A DNA stretch of 64,000 nucleotides, taken from a phage. Below the pieces are notes generated by a model, which did no database searches, was not told where the DNA came from, and saw nothing but the letters and a program-made list of their open reading frames with translations. Of the stretch, positions 27,305 to 37,537 are shown piece by piece; within the stretch, counting starts at the first letter, position 1, and every line of letters starts with the position of its first letter. The stretch lies in the sequence record PZ452594.1; one strand, given 5' to 3'. Both the position numbers and the translations under genes were made by a program.

Positions 27305-27842
27305 TTACTATTTCCAAAAGTTTATTATTTTTAAGGTAATTAGCCTTTTCTAGGACTTCAGAAGCATATTTAGAACCAGCTTTAACATTCCATCCCGAAT
27401 TATAAGAGGATATTGCTTTTCTTATATCGCCCTTATGTATATTTAACCAATAAGAAAGTTCAATGTACGCCCAGGAAGCTGAATTGGATCGTTTATTCAA
27501 CATTCTTTTTATTTCAGCATCGGTCATATTATAACCAAGTTCCTTAACTCTTGCTCGCATAGTAGGCAAATAATTTTGGAACATTCCGTAGGCGTGATGC
27601 TTTGGTTTAGATTTTAAATTAACTCCGCCAGAGCTTTCTTGCCATAAAATAGCAGCCATTATATGACCTAATCCGCTCTTGTGGATATTTTTGTGTGTTT
27701 TATATTTTCCATCCTTAGAAAATTGTTCCCCGAATTGATACGCGTAACGCATGTTATCGAGTTGGACATTACTGAAAGTATGCTCGGAGCTATGTGCCAT
27801 CATTGAAATGGCCAATAGACCAGCGAGTAGTGCTTTTCTCAT
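27297..27842 (-). CDS. Secreted lytic transglycosylase-like protein (SLT domain)
   Basis: Signal peptide; SLT core ILWQESSGG...AYGMFQ. Confidence 0.6.
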   Translation of the reverse strand: MRKALLAGLLAISMMAHSSEHTFSNVQLDNMRYAYQFGEQFSKDGKYKTHKNIHKSGLGHIMAAILWQESSGGVNLKSKPKHHAYGMFQNYLPTMRARVKELGYNMTDAEIKRMLNKRSNSASWAYIELSYWLNIHKGDIRKAISSYNSGWNVKAGSKYASEVLEKANYLKNNKLLEIVND

Positions 27843-27849
27843 GCTTACC

Positions 27850-28311
27850 TCATTGAGTTTTAATTACTGCTTTAGAAGCCTTTCCTGGTAAACGACGACT
27901 GTTGATAATTGCCATCCTACATTGAAGTGACGGGTTTTTGAACTTCTCATTAGGTTTACAAACCGTAAATCCAAGCCAAAGATTTCCATCTGTAATTTCC
28001 AAACGCCCAGGACGATATTCAACCCCATCAATAAAATCCTCGTCAATGTCAGGACGCGGAGGCATACTCAGGAATTCATTAACTTCTAAAACATGGTCTT
28101 TTATTTTATGGAATAATTCAAAAACGTATGTCTCATCAATCTCCCGTTGAATTGCGCGATCAAGAAGATGCTGAGAATATTTTAGATGAAACGATGAGAC
28201 TCCTGCTGCTTTTGATGCCTCACGAATCTCATTGTTAATTTGACGAAACTCCGACTCAAAGTGACGACGAAGCTTATTTCGACGGATAAAAACTTCTGTA
28301 TTGATAGTCAT
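27850..28311 (-). CDS. regB: RegB-like site-specific endoribonuclease
   Basis: 153 aa at the T4 regB position with own early promoter; identity by synteny/length. Confidence 0.55.
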   Translation of the reverse strand: MTINTEVFIRRNKLRRHFESEFRQINNEIREASKAAGVSSFHLKYSQHLLDRAIQREIDETYVFELFHKIKDHVLEVNEFLSMPPRPDIDEDFIDGVEYRPGRLEITDGNLWLGFTVCKPNEKFKNPSLQCRMAIINSRRLPGKASKAVIKTQ

Positions 28312-28338
28312 GTTATTCTCCTCTTAACTGATAGAAAA

Positions 28339-28368
28339 ATTATACCACAGTCAAGAGGAAAAGTAAAC
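28339..28368 (-). promoter_or_regulatory. T4-type early promoter upstream of regB
   Basis: GTTTAC-N18-TATAAT with TGG extension on minus strand. Confidence 0.6.
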
Positions 28369-28370
28369 AA

Positions 28371-28649
28371 TTATTCTTTAAATCTGATTAATTTATTCAT
28401 AGACTTTGAAACTTCTGCACGAACCTCATGTAAGTTTTTAAGCTGTTCAAGACGCTGTTCATAGTAAGCAATTTCATCTTCTTCGAGACAGTCCTGTGAA
28501 TCTTCTTTAAGATAACGTGCATAGTCCTGGAAAGCTTTACGGACTACTTCCTGGAAGTCATCAAGACTTTGAATTTTCTTAGGAGCGGCAGATACACGAC
28601 GAGGGGCAGTATAATACTCATAACCAAACCCTGCACTTAATTGAGCCAT
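28371..28649 (-). CDS. Hypothetical protein (about 92 aa)
   Basis: ORF; internal ATG coupled to upstream stop. Confidence 0.4.
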   Translation of the reverse strand: MAQLSAGFGYEYYTAPRRVSAAPKKIQSLDDFQEVVRKAFQDYARYLKEDSQDCLEEDEIAYYEQRLEQLKNLHEVRAEVSKSMNKLIRFKE

Positions 28650-28915
28650 TAGTATTTTTCCTCTGGTTGGAACACAGCACGGCAAGCCCACATACTTGCT
28701 TCTTTGAGTTTCGTTTTAGCAATAGTTAACTGATCGAGGCTTTCGGCGTAATTCTTCGCGAGTTCATCATCTTCACAGCTATCAAATGCTTCCCAAAATT
28801 CATCGTATAAAGCATCAAAGATAAGTCCTAAACGAACTTCAGCGTCTTTGATAGCATTCACTTTACCGATTTTCTCTTCAGTATGCGGCTTATAACCTTT
28901 AATGTCTTCAATCAT
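28649..28915 (-). CDS. Small protein at the T4 vs.4 position (candidate Acb2-like cyclic-nucleotide sponge)
   Basis: 88 aa; assignment by position in regB-denV interval only. Confidence 0.3.
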   Translation of the reverse strand: MIEDIKGYKPHTEEKIGKVNAIKDAEVRLGLIFDALYDEFWEAFDSCEDDELAKNYAESLDQLTIAKTKLKEASMWACRAVFQPEEKY

Positions 28916-29129
28916 ATTTGACTTCCTCACCAGTACATAAATCATATTCAACTAAACGAATAGGTTCATGAATGCCATATCCCTGAACAGAAATTTCTGT
29001 CGTAGGATAAATTCCATCAATATCACCCATATTCCACGCTTCGTTAAATTGCTGTTCGCCTGAATTACTAAACCACTCGGCGAAAGCATTTAGCACATCT
29101 TTAGAACCTTCAATAATTATCTTTGCCAT
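28908..29129 (-). CDS. Hypothetical protein (73 aa)
   Basis: ORF. Confidence 0.4.
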   Translation of the reverse strand: MAKIIIEGSKDVLNAFAEWFSNSGEQQFNEAWNMGDIDGIYPTTEISVQGYGIHEPIRLVEYDLCTGEEVKYD

Positions 29130-29491
29130 TATAAGCTCTCAGTAAAGGTACGAGCAATAACGTCGCGCTGCTGTTCCGGAGTCAGAGAGTTAAAGCGAAC
29201 TGCATAACCGGATACACGGATGGTCAGCTGTGGATATTTTTCCGGATGCTTAACTGCATCTTCCAGAGTTTCACGACGCAGAACGTTAACGTTCAGGTGT
29301 TGACCACCTTCAATTTTAACTGTAGGCTGTGGCTCAATTTCAATTTCACGAGCATGCAAACCGTAGAAAATTTCTGGGTCTACAAAAGAGTCCTCTTTAA
29401 AGGTTTTAGAGACAATAATTCGTGCTTGAATACCATCTTCAAAATAAATAGTACCTTTATGTGTGCCTTCAAGAATTTGATATGCTTTCAT
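29129..29491 (-). CDS. Autonomous glycyl-radical cofactor (GrcA/YfiD-like)
   Basis: C-terminus [60 protein letters not shown] with RVSGY glycyl-radical motif. Confidence 0.85.
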   Translation of the reverse strand: MKAYQILEGTHKGTIYFEDGIQARIIVSKTFKEDSFVDPEIFYGLHAREIEIEPQPTVKIEGGQHLNVNVLRRETLEDAVKHPEKYPQLTIRVSGYAVRFNSLTPEQQRDVIARTFTESL

Positions 29492-29498
29492 ATAAACC

Positions 29499-29828
29499 TC
29501 AATTAGAAAATAAATTTATCCAAGATTGTTCTTTAATTAAAAATGGCTCAGAATCATATGCCATTAAACTTTGGGTGATTAGTCCTTTAAAAGGTCCATC
29601 AATAAATTCCATGGTAAAATATGGAATTTTATTCATTAACTGTGCGTTAGGAGCAGTGCACAAAACTCTGCATCCTTTGAATACGCCTTTTTGTAATTTG
29701 TATTGCTTGGGATAAAATTCGCTTAAAATGTTGTTATTTGCCAAAATTTCAAAATGATTCACCAATTTATTTTTAATAGTTTTTGGCGAAAAATAAAGAT
29801 ATTCGAAAAGCTGTGTGTCTGTCATCAT
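29499..29828 (-). CDS. Hypothetical protein (about 109 aa)
   Basis: ORF; start at MMTDTQ coupled (ATGA) to upstream stop. Confidence 0.4.
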   Translation of the reverse strand: MMTDTQLFEYLYFSPKTIKNKLVNHFEILANNNILSEFYPKQYKLQKGVFKGCRVLCTAPNAQLMNKIPYFTMEFIDGPFKGLITQSLMAYDSEPFLIKEQSWINLFSN

Positions 29829-30364
29829 TGCATTCCGATTACGAAAAACTGCGGACGAGTAATACCACCAATGCAACATTTACTATTACAGCAGTAGTGT
29901 ACAGTGTCAATATGGACGCTATAAATCTTATCCATATCAGGAGATTTGACAGGCTCATCAATTATATACAAAATTCGCGAAAGCGATAAACCTCTGAACT
30001 TACTTCCTTTATTACCAATAAAACTGCGCACAGAATCAGTAAATAAACGAAAACGTATATCATCATTAGAATAACGCAAAAATTCCTTTTTAATGTTATT
30101 TGCAGAAATTTTAGCGTAAGCTGAAGTATTAGAAAGAACAATAACTGTTCCGCCATCATACAGCCAATTAGCAGCAAAGTTAGTCACAGCAATTGATTTA
30201 CCGGATTGACGTCCACCATCTATACGAAGTGTGCAGTACTGTTTAAGTAATTCTTCAAATGGCGGGATATATTCGTTTTTACAAATTTCTTCTACTCTAG
30301 CATCAGAATGGTGTGTAAAAGCATTCATCAGGGATAGATACGGGCCAGTTAAAAATGTTCTCAT
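29825..30364 (-). CDS. Small P-loop ATPase-like protein; start uncertain (30364 or 30421)
   Basis: Walker A GGRQSGKS, Walker B-like LYIIDEP. Confidence 0.45.
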   Translation of the reverse strand: MRTFLTGPYLSLMNAFTHHSDARVEEICKNEYIPPFEELLKQYCTLRIDGGRQSGKSIAVTNFAANWLYDGGTVIVLSNTSAYAKISANNIKKEFLRYSNDDIRFRLFTDSVRSFIGNKGSKFRGLSLSRILYIIDEPVKSPDMDKIYSVHIDTVHYCCNSKCCIGGITRPQFFVIGMQ

Positions 30365-30505
30365 ATTTTCTCTCTTAATTTTTGGGCCATTCCATGGCAC
30401 ATGAGTTGTCCATTCCTGCATTACCCATTACCGCGCTTTGGCTCGACCTTATTACAGGTTGGCGGGAATCCCTCACAGAATCATGAGGTCCAGGTTGTTC
30501 CCATA

Positions 30506-30979
30506 TTATTTGAACGATTTAACGTACTGAATAGAACCTTTACTATTTACGAAAGCGATTTTACCATTTTTATTATACATGGTAGCAGTACGCTGATAGC
30601 CATAAGTTTGTTTACCAGATTGATAACCAACTAATGCGAAATTATCTTCGCCCATTTTATTCTGTTTAGCGCGAATGCGTTCATGACCATGTGCCATAAG
30701 AACCTTAGCATCACCAGTTGCAATGGATCTACGAGTTTTTTCATCTTCAACTGTATTAACAAAGTCGTCAAATGAATCAAATTTAGCATGAGATTTATTA
30801 TACAGTTTTCCATCTACTGCATAATTATATCCCTGTACATCCATCTCAACTTCTGTACCATCATCCAATACAGCAGTGATTTTTTGACCTTTTTTAAATT
30901 TCAAAAGATCAGTAAAAGATTCAGCAATAATTTGAGAATTAATAGCTGCTTCAGTGATAAATTCTTGATATGTTTTCAT
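30506..30979 (-). CDS. Internal (capsid-packaged) protein with capsid-targeting leader
   Basis: N-terminus MKTYQEFITEA matches T4 internal-protein CTS; adjacent to denV. Confidence 0.65.
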   Translation of the reverse strand: MKTYQEFITEAAINSQIIAESFTDLLKFKKGQKITAVLDDGTEVEMDVQGYNYAVDGKLYNKSHAKFDSFDDFVNTVEDEKTRRSIATGDAKVLMAHGHERIRAKQNKMGEDNFALVGYQSGKQTYGYQRTATMYNKNGKIAFVNSKGSIQYVKSFK

Positions 30980-30988
30980 ATGTTTCCT

Positions 30989-31405
30989 TTAAATGTAAAT
31001 ATTTTTACCGTAATACTTATACCAATGTGGTTTCATTAAAATTTTTTCATCAAGTCGTTGTTGACTCAATTTAATAGCTGATTTGCATGGATTATAATCA
31101 TTTTTCCATTCTACTGGAATATCGCTGATGTCAGGAACTTCAGTATCTTTTATACTGAACCCGCGTTTTAAGCATTCCGTTATAATGTCCGATTGACGCT
31201 TTCGCAAAAATTCTAACTTATCGTAAAAGAAAGTAACATGACCAGAACCTAAAATAAATTTAGAAGATATTTTAAAATCTTTAACGCGCTTACCGTTTGC
31301 CACATGCTTACGAACTATACCAAAAACACGCGGCAATTCACGGTATTCTGCGATTAAATGTTGATCAGCAAGTTCAGATACTAAAGTCAAATTAATACGA
31401 GTCAT
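30989..31405 (-). CDS. denV: Endonuclease V (pyrimidine-dimer DNA glycosylase)
   Basis: 138 aa; [17 protein letters not shown]...WYKYYGK as in T4 DenV. Confidence 0.9.
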   Translation of the reverse strand: MTRINLTLVSELADQHLIAEYRELPRVFGIVRKHVANGKRVKDFKISSKFILGSGHVTFFYDKLEFLRKRQSDIITECLKRGFSIKDTEVPDISDIPVEWKNDYNPCKSAIKLSQQRLDEKILMKPHWYKYYGKNIYI

Positions 31406-31430
31406 TTTATCCCTCCAAGTAACTGTGAAT

Positions 31431-31460
31431 ATACTATCACAATTCTAGGAAAAAGTAAAC
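31431..31460 (-). promoter_or_regulatory. T4-type early promoter upstream of denV
   Basis: GTTTAC-N18-TAGTAT on minus strand. Confidence 0.5.
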
Positions 31461-31464
31461 AACT

Positions 31465-32433
<969 letters not shown>

Positions 32434-32452
<19 letters not shown>

Positions 32453-32922
32453 TCAGTGATAAAGTTATTTAAATTTTGAGCGTATTTCTTTTCATCAAAA
32501 ATCTTTTGCTGTCTGCGTAAACGCCATGGCATTTCAATGAATATGCACCATATTCCTGATAATATTGCTGCTGTAAAAATATTAACAAGTATGGTTAAAA
32601 GAATCCAATCTCCTATTCTGTCCATTGGATTTTTTATAAAAAAGTAAAATACGAATGATGTCACAGGAAGACTAATAATATACCACAGAATCATAATTTT
32701 ATCTGTGAACCAATCAGCGTTCGTTAACTTAGCACGACCATTATGAATACACACGAATTTATCATCTGTTATAATAGATGGCTTAGCTGCTTGATATCCC
32801 ATTCTAAACTCCCTAATCAACAAATTTTTCATATCTTCGGAACAACCATTCCAGTCAACTCTATCAACTGAAATGCCATCATCCCCATCATCTAAATCAT
32901 ACCAGCGAGTTTTTAAAATCAT
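32434..32922 (-). CDS. Membrane protein (162 aa), tandem paralog 1
   Basis: TM helices; C-terminal motif FITECRKLK. Confidence 0.5.
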
Positions 32923-33281
32923 TTAATTTTCCTACAATCACTCACAAACTCTTCCATTGATTCTTTTTCAATATAAGACATGTAGCTATTATATTCCTTT
33001 AATTGTATTTTGTAATCCTTTTTTCTTTGCCAATTTATTTTAAAATTATCATAATGAAAATATAACACTGTACCAAAGAATGAAAATAATGAAATAATTT
33101 TAGTATAGTGAAGTTCACTCCAAACTTCTATTATATTTACTGTGCCGTCAATGTTTAAAATAAGACAGTCAATTAACAATCCAAAAAGACTACCCGCAAG
33201 AGCTGCAGCCAACGCTACAGCAAAAATTAAAAATGACTCAGGAAGAGAATATTTGACTTTATTTAGTTTTGGCTTTTGCAT
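32919..33281 (-). CDS. Membrane protein (120 aa), tandem paralog 2
   Basis: TM helices; C-terminal FVSDCRKIK. Confidence 0.5.
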   Translation of the reverse strand: MQKPKLNKVKYSLPESFLIFAVALAAALAGSLFGLLIDCLILNIDGTVNIIEVWSELHYTKIISLFSFFGTVLYFHYDNFKINWQRKKDYKIQLKEYNSYMSYIEKESMEEFVSDCRKIK

Positions 33282-33655
33282 CGTGATTCCTTAACAAATT
33301 TCATAATTTCATCAAATTCATGCGCAGCAAGTTTAAGCTGATGTTCCTTTTTAATCTTTTTACACTGAGCTTTCCAATCACGTACACGTTTACGATAGTG
33401 TCTTCCTTGATACCAATATCCTATCCAATTTATAGGTACTAATAAAAGCGGAACTACCAATGGAAGAATTAGTGTTGCTCCAAATATTGCACCAGATTCA
33501 ATATCAGTCATAACGTCTATAACTATTCCAGCAATCAACAGAATCACAAATGATACGGCTACCACAGGACCTATTAACACATCAGTAGAAATTATCTGAC
33601 GCTTTAATTCATACTTTAAGGGTTTACTTGGAAGATACATTGATGGCTTTGACAT
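33263..33655 (-). CDS. Membrane protein (130 aa), tandem paralog 3
   Basis: TM helices; C-terminal FVKESRCKSQN. Confidence 0.5.
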   Translation of the reverse strand: MSKPSMYLPSKPLKYELKRQIISTDVLIGPVVAVSFVILLIAGIVIDVMTDIESGAIFGATLILPLVVPLLLVPINWIGYWYQGRHYRKRVRDWKAQCKKIKKEHQLKLAAHEFDEIMKFVKESRCKSQN

Positions 33656-34229
33656 ATTCTCTGCATTCCTTCACAAATTTTTCTAATAATAAATCGCTTT
33701 CAAAATTGGGATTTTCTACGAATTTATCAAAAAGATCATCGACAATAGTTAAGATATTCTTTTTACTAAGAATACGTTTATTTTCATGCTTCGTTTCAGA
33801 ATCAACTATAAGAGTAAAGAAATATTTCTTGCCCTGAAATTTTACAGTAGTATCAATATAGAATAAATTTGACTTTTGTAAATTACGTTTAAACCATGCA
33901 TCACTTAAACTATAAACGCCAAGATAATCATAATCGTCGTTTAAATAACAGACCGTCCATTCAGGAGAAACAAAATCAGTAAATTCAACATCAAAATCAC
34001 ATGTTAATGAATGAATTGATTCAATACTGTTAATAAGTATTCCAGGACGTATTAAAGACTTTTTACCTTTATAAAATCCAGAAAGACTTTCATCAGTTTC
34101 ATATGAAGAACCCCAATAATAATTACGTCCTTCTGCCATACGTTTAAGAGCATTTAATAATTGGTCTGGAACATCAACCTGTCTTTGGAACTCTTCAAAC
34201 ATTGAATTGAAATCACTTTGCATTTTCAT
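33624..34229 (-). CDS. Hypothetical protein (201 aa)
   Basis: ORF; C-terminal FVKECREYVK resembles neighbours' motif. Confidence 0.5.
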   Translation of the reverse strand: MKMQSDFNSMFEEFQRQVDVPDQLLNALKRMAEGRNYYWGSSYETDESLSGFYKGKKSLIRPGILINSIESIHSLTCDFDVEFTDFVSPEWTVCYLNDDYDYLGVYSLSDAWFKRNLQKSNLFYIDTTVKFQGKKYFFTLIVDSETKHENKRILSKKNILTIVDDLFDKFVENPNFESDLLLEKFVKECREYVKAINVSSK

Positions 34230-34270
34230 TCCTACTTACTCCAAGTAATAGGGGCCGAAGCCCCTTATCA

Positions 34271-34864
34271 TTATTTCAGAGAATTAATGTATTCCTGAAC
34301 ATCGGCAGAGGTAGTTTCAACCCCAGAAATATTGCCATTAAAGGTTTCAACTCGAGCAAGAGTATCTTCAATATCAACCTTAGTCAGTGCTGCAATTTCA
34401 ACTACATCATCAGCAGTACTAATTCCGAGGGCATTCGCGGCGCGAGTTTCACGGATATATTCCAATTTAACTGCAAGTTCTTGGCGAGCATCATCTAACT
34501 CAACTACTTTCTTGGCGATTTCAATTCGCATTTCAGCATAACCATCAGCTTTAGTAGTCAACTGCTCAGCTGTTCGACGATATAGTAAACCGAGTTTAGC
34601 ATGCATTGTTACATCTTGACCTTCAGAAAGAAGCTTGCGAATTTCACGCTCTTTTGATTCGGCCTGCTTATTCTTTTCGACAATAAGTTCACGAATACGC
34701 TTTTCTTCATTAATAGATTTAACAGAAGCAGTTTTTAGATCTTTAATCTTATCAAGTAGTTTTGCTGCTGCAGCAGTATACTGCTCTTCAACAGATAGAT
34801 TTTTAGCCATAGCAGAACCAAGTTTAGTGCGAATAAACTCAACAATTTTCTTCAGCATGTTCAT
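34271..34864 (-). CDS. Hypothetical coiled-coil protein (197 aa)
   Basis: Long helical/charged sequence; weak resemblance to PspA-type proteins by eye only. Confidence 0.5.
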   Translation of the reverse strand: MNMLKKIVEFIRTKLGSAMAKNLSVEEQYTAAAAKLLDKIKDLKTASVKSINEEKRIRELIVEKNKQAESKEREIRKLLSEGQDVTMHAKLGLLYRRTAEQLTTKADGYAEMRIEIAKKVVELDDARQELAVKLEYIRETRAANALGISTADDVVEIAALTKVDIEDTLARVETFNGNISGVETTSADVQEYINSLK

Positions 34865-34941
34865 AGCATTTCCTTTAGTTAATTAAGGGTTTTATAATCC
34901 GTGGGAGTATTATACTCTACTCCCGAGAGTTTGTAAACATG

Positions 34942-35340
34942 TTATTTCATTTTTGCGAGGCAGATTTCATTGGCTTCCCATTGAGCTTGCTTAATAATAG
35001 CTTTGGATACAGGAACCTTTTGACCATAAGTTTTTGACGTTGAGAGAACAATATATTTGTTTGCCTCATTATGCCAACCCCATGATTCTTCGCCATGAGT
35101 ACCTTTAACTACAGCTGACACCTCAACAGAACATCCATCATCACCAATCTTGGTGTCTACAATCCATTCATTTCTCTCGACAGCTTCATTTTCCGATCTC
35201 ATTTTTTCTTCATACACGGCGACCCAATCAGTTTTTGTCAAGCTTAAACTAAGAGCTTTCTCTAATTCTTTAACAGATTTTTGTTGTTCGGGTGTTAATG
35301 AATTATATAACTCTCGCATTTCTTTATCTTCAATATTCAT
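34942..35340 (-). CDS. Hypothetical protein (132 aa)
   Basis: ORF downstream of early promoter. Confidence 0.5.
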   Translation of the reverse strand: MNIEDKEMRELYNSLTPEQQKSVKELEKALSLSLTKTDWVAVYEEKMRSENEAVERNEWIVDTKIGDDGCSVEVSAVVKGTHGEESWGWHNEANKYIVLSTSKTYGQKVPVSKAIIKQAQWEANEICLAKMK

Positions 35341-35366
35341 TATGTTCTCCTCAAAGTTATAGGCTC

Positions 35367-35396
35367 ATAATATCTCAATCATGAGCCTGTGTAAAC
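35367..35396 (-). promoter_or_regulatory. T4-type early promoter
   Basis: GTTTAC-N18-TATTAT on minus strand. Confidence 0.45.
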
Positions 35397-35672
35397 TTAT
35401 TTCATATTATTGAAATATTCTTCAGCAATTTCATCATTATCATGATAAACTTTAGAAGACAGTTTAACATAACTTTCAGCAGTGAACATGTTAATCACAA
35501 CCTTTACAGTATACCACTGACCGTCTTCATTACCCATTACTGCATAAGTTTCAAACATCGGATGGTCAGGACCGATAACTTTAATATCATTCACTGTACG
35601 ACCGAAATCTTCTGAAACGCATTTCATAAAGAAGTTAAACAGTTCGCCGTAATTATCCATTTCGTTCTCCAA
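35397..35672 (-). CDS. Hypothetical protein (91 aa)
   Basis: ORF. Confidence 0.45.
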   Translation of the reverse strand: MENEMDNYGELFNFFMKCVSEDFGRTVNDIKVIGPDHPMFETYAVMGNEDGQWYTVKVVINMFTAESYVKLSSKVYHDNDEIAEEYFNNMK

Positions 35673-35703
35673 GTTGTTTTCTGTATCAGTAGTTGATAGT
35701 TGT

Positions 35704-35733
35704 ATAGTACCATGGAAGAACAGGGATGTAAAC
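35704..35733 (-). promoter_or_regulatory. T4-type early promoter
   Basis: GTTTAC-N18-TACTAT on minus strand. Confidence 0.5.
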
Positions 35734-35861
35734 AGTTTTGTGAAAAATTTTTAAAAAGTTTTAGGGAATTCTAGGGCCAGGAGGGGCAATTAAAAGGTAG
35801 GATAATATATTATAAAGGGTATAAACTAAATGATGCCTAGAGAGGCCCGGAAAGGCCTAGA

Positions 35862-35893
35862 TACCAAAAAGCTCCAACCGAAAGGTTGGAGCT
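35862..35893 (-). terminator. Rho-independent terminator
   Basis: AGCTCCAACC-TTTC-GGTTGGAGCT then TTTTTGG on minus strand. Confidence 0.6.
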
Positions 35894-35900
35894 AAGAATG

Positions 35901-36362
35901 TTATTTGATTTGTTTAGCAGACCAAATGCGGTCTTTGATGATTTTTTGGAGGTCTTCAACATACTCTAGGTCATGAGCATGTGGATTATCTTTGAAACTA
36001 TGAGCTCGCGCAAGTTTCTGGCCTTCGGTCTTAATTATCAAAAGTTCTTTAAGAATTGCTTCATACCTAGAGATAATTCCTTTAGCAATATTTTTTTCTT
36101 GTGCTGCTTTAGGGTCAGCCTTAGGAGCAGGTTTACCAGAAGGTTTTTCGAAAGCCGCACCAGTAGCAACCAGGCTTTTCCAGGCGGTGGTAACATAGTT
36201 ACCCACAAAGCCTTCAGCTCTCATATCGTCATAGAACTTGTACCGAGATTCGTCAGAAGCATCTTTATAAGAATATTTACCAGCTTTAATAGCAGCAGTT
36301 GCTACAGCGCGAACATCTGAAGCGGATGCTTCGGTCATTAAAAATTGAGCATAAGTTTTCAT
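35901..36362 (-). CDS. Candidate capsid-targeted (internal) protein, 153 aa
   Basis: N-terminus MKTYAQFLMTEA resembles internal-protein CTS MKTYQEFIAE; TATAAATA late promoter 29 nt upstream. Confidence 0.5.
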   Translation of the reverse strand: MKTYAQFLMTEASASDVRAVATAAIKAGKYSYKDASDESRYKFYDDMRAEGFVGNYVTTAWKSLVATGAAFEKPSGKPAPKADPKAAQEKNIAKGIISRYEAILKELLIIKTEGQKLARAHSFKDNPHAHDLEYVEDLQKIIKDRIWSAKQIK

Positions 36363-36390
36363 TGTTATTTCCTGTGTTAATTAACTCATC

Positions 36391-36398
36391 TATTTATA
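36391..36398 (-). promoter_or_regulatory. Late promoter (TATAAATA)
   Basis: Minus-strand TATAAATA upstream of ORF 35901-36362. Confidence 0.5.
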
Positions 36399-36429
36399 CC
36401 AAAAAAGCCCCAACCTTTCGGTCGGGGCT
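36397..36429 (-). terminator. Rho-independent terminator ending the tRNA/stable-RNA transcription unit
   Basis: AGCCCCGACC-GAAA-GGTTGGGGCT then TTTTTT on minus strand. Confidence 0.6.
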
Positions 36430-36439
36430 AAGCCTTGCG

Positions 36440-36740
36440 GCAACCTTGTCGGGGTTCCACCTGCTAAGGCAAGTGTTTGTACGAAACGCCGGGATTCGAA
36501 CCCGGTTATTAAGCAGTTGACGCTACTCAATATTTTTAAAAGGCCATATCTCGACCATATCCGAACGTTCCGTCAAAAACGCTACTCGGCTTACGGCAAA
36601 GATATTTCCTCGAATCGATAATTCGGTGCGCCGTTTCTGCTGTGATATAAGAGGGCATTAACAAAACATAAAGATTTATTAATGCCAGTCCTTAAACAGG
36701 GAACATCAGTCCGACGACTTACCGGTAGCGACCCGGTTTC
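36440..36740 (-). ncRNA. Probable small stable RNAs (T4 RNA C / RNA D-like); boundaries approximate
   Basis: Non-coding 300 nt between tRNA-Arg and terminator; contains tRNA-like T-arm GGGTTCGAATCCCGG. Confidence 0.35.
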
Positions 36741-36745
36741 TTGTT

Positions 36746-36820
36746 TGGTATCCCGCCCTGGGATCGAACCAGGACCGCAAACTTAGAAGGATCGTATGCT
36801 ATCCATTACACCAGCGGGAC
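36746..36820 (-). tRNA. tRNA-Arg (anticodon UCU)
   Basis: Cloverleaf read by eye; acceptor GTCCCGC/GCGGGAT, loop CUUCUAA, encoded CCA. Confidence 0.85.
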
Positions 36821-36825
36821 ATAAT

Positions 36826-37491
36826 TTAAAATTTCATTTTTCGACCTTTAAACCATCCTTCTGGAATTGGGTCAGTTTTCTTAATACGTTTAGAAACTTT
36901 TTCATCTAATGAATGAATCCACATCATACCAAATTGGGAATTCTTTTCACCTTTCTGGTGATTATTTTTAGCGTGAATTTCTTTCATTTTATTAATAGTT
37001 TCAAGAGTATGATGCTTATTTAAAAATCTGCTATTATTTAAAAATTTTTCCTTGTATTCAGGAGTTGACCATAAACGTTTAAATACATTTGAACCATTTT
37101 GACGATATTTTTCTTGAAGTAAAATATCATTTTTAAAACGTGACTTAAACGATTTAGCTCCTTTTAAACTAGCGTCTTTCTTCTGATTTAGCATCTCAGG
37201 AATATTTATATGATCCCATCCGCCTTCACCGCCAAGTTTTAAATTATACACATCTGGTCTATTTAAAAACTCTTCTGTGACAATATTTTTCTCGGCTTCA
37301 AGCATAGATTCTTTATCATCAAAATATTCTAATATTTCTTTAGAAAAATTTTCTATACCATACCTGTCTTGGGCTCTTTTTAATAATTTACCAGAACCCA
37401 TATATCCATCATCTAAATTTTCGGTAGAATGCACACCAATATAAATTTTATTATTAATTTTATTTGTTATTTTATAAAGATAAAAATGCAT
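36826..37491 (-). CDS. segB: GIY-YIG homing endonuclease (SegB-like) within tRNA cluster
   Basis: 221 aa from MHFYLYKITN; GIY-YIG motif YLYKITN...IYIGV...YMGSG; ORF-track N-extension overlaps a tRNA. Confidence 0.8.
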   Translation of the reverse strand: MHFYLYKITNKINNKIYIGVHSTENLDDGYMGSGKLLKRAQDRYGIENFSKEILEYFDDKESMLEAEKNIVTEEFLNRPDVYNLKLGGEGGWDHINIPEMLNQKKDASLKGAKSFKSRFKNDILLQEKYRQNGSNVFKRLWSTPEYKEKFLNNSRFLNKHHTLETINKMKEIHAKNNHQKGEKNSQFGMMWIHSLDEKVSKRIKKTDPIPEGWFKGRKMKF

Positions 37492-37537
37492 ATCAGTCCT
37501 TAATAAAGAACTGAGCGTCTCACGACGAGTCATAAAT

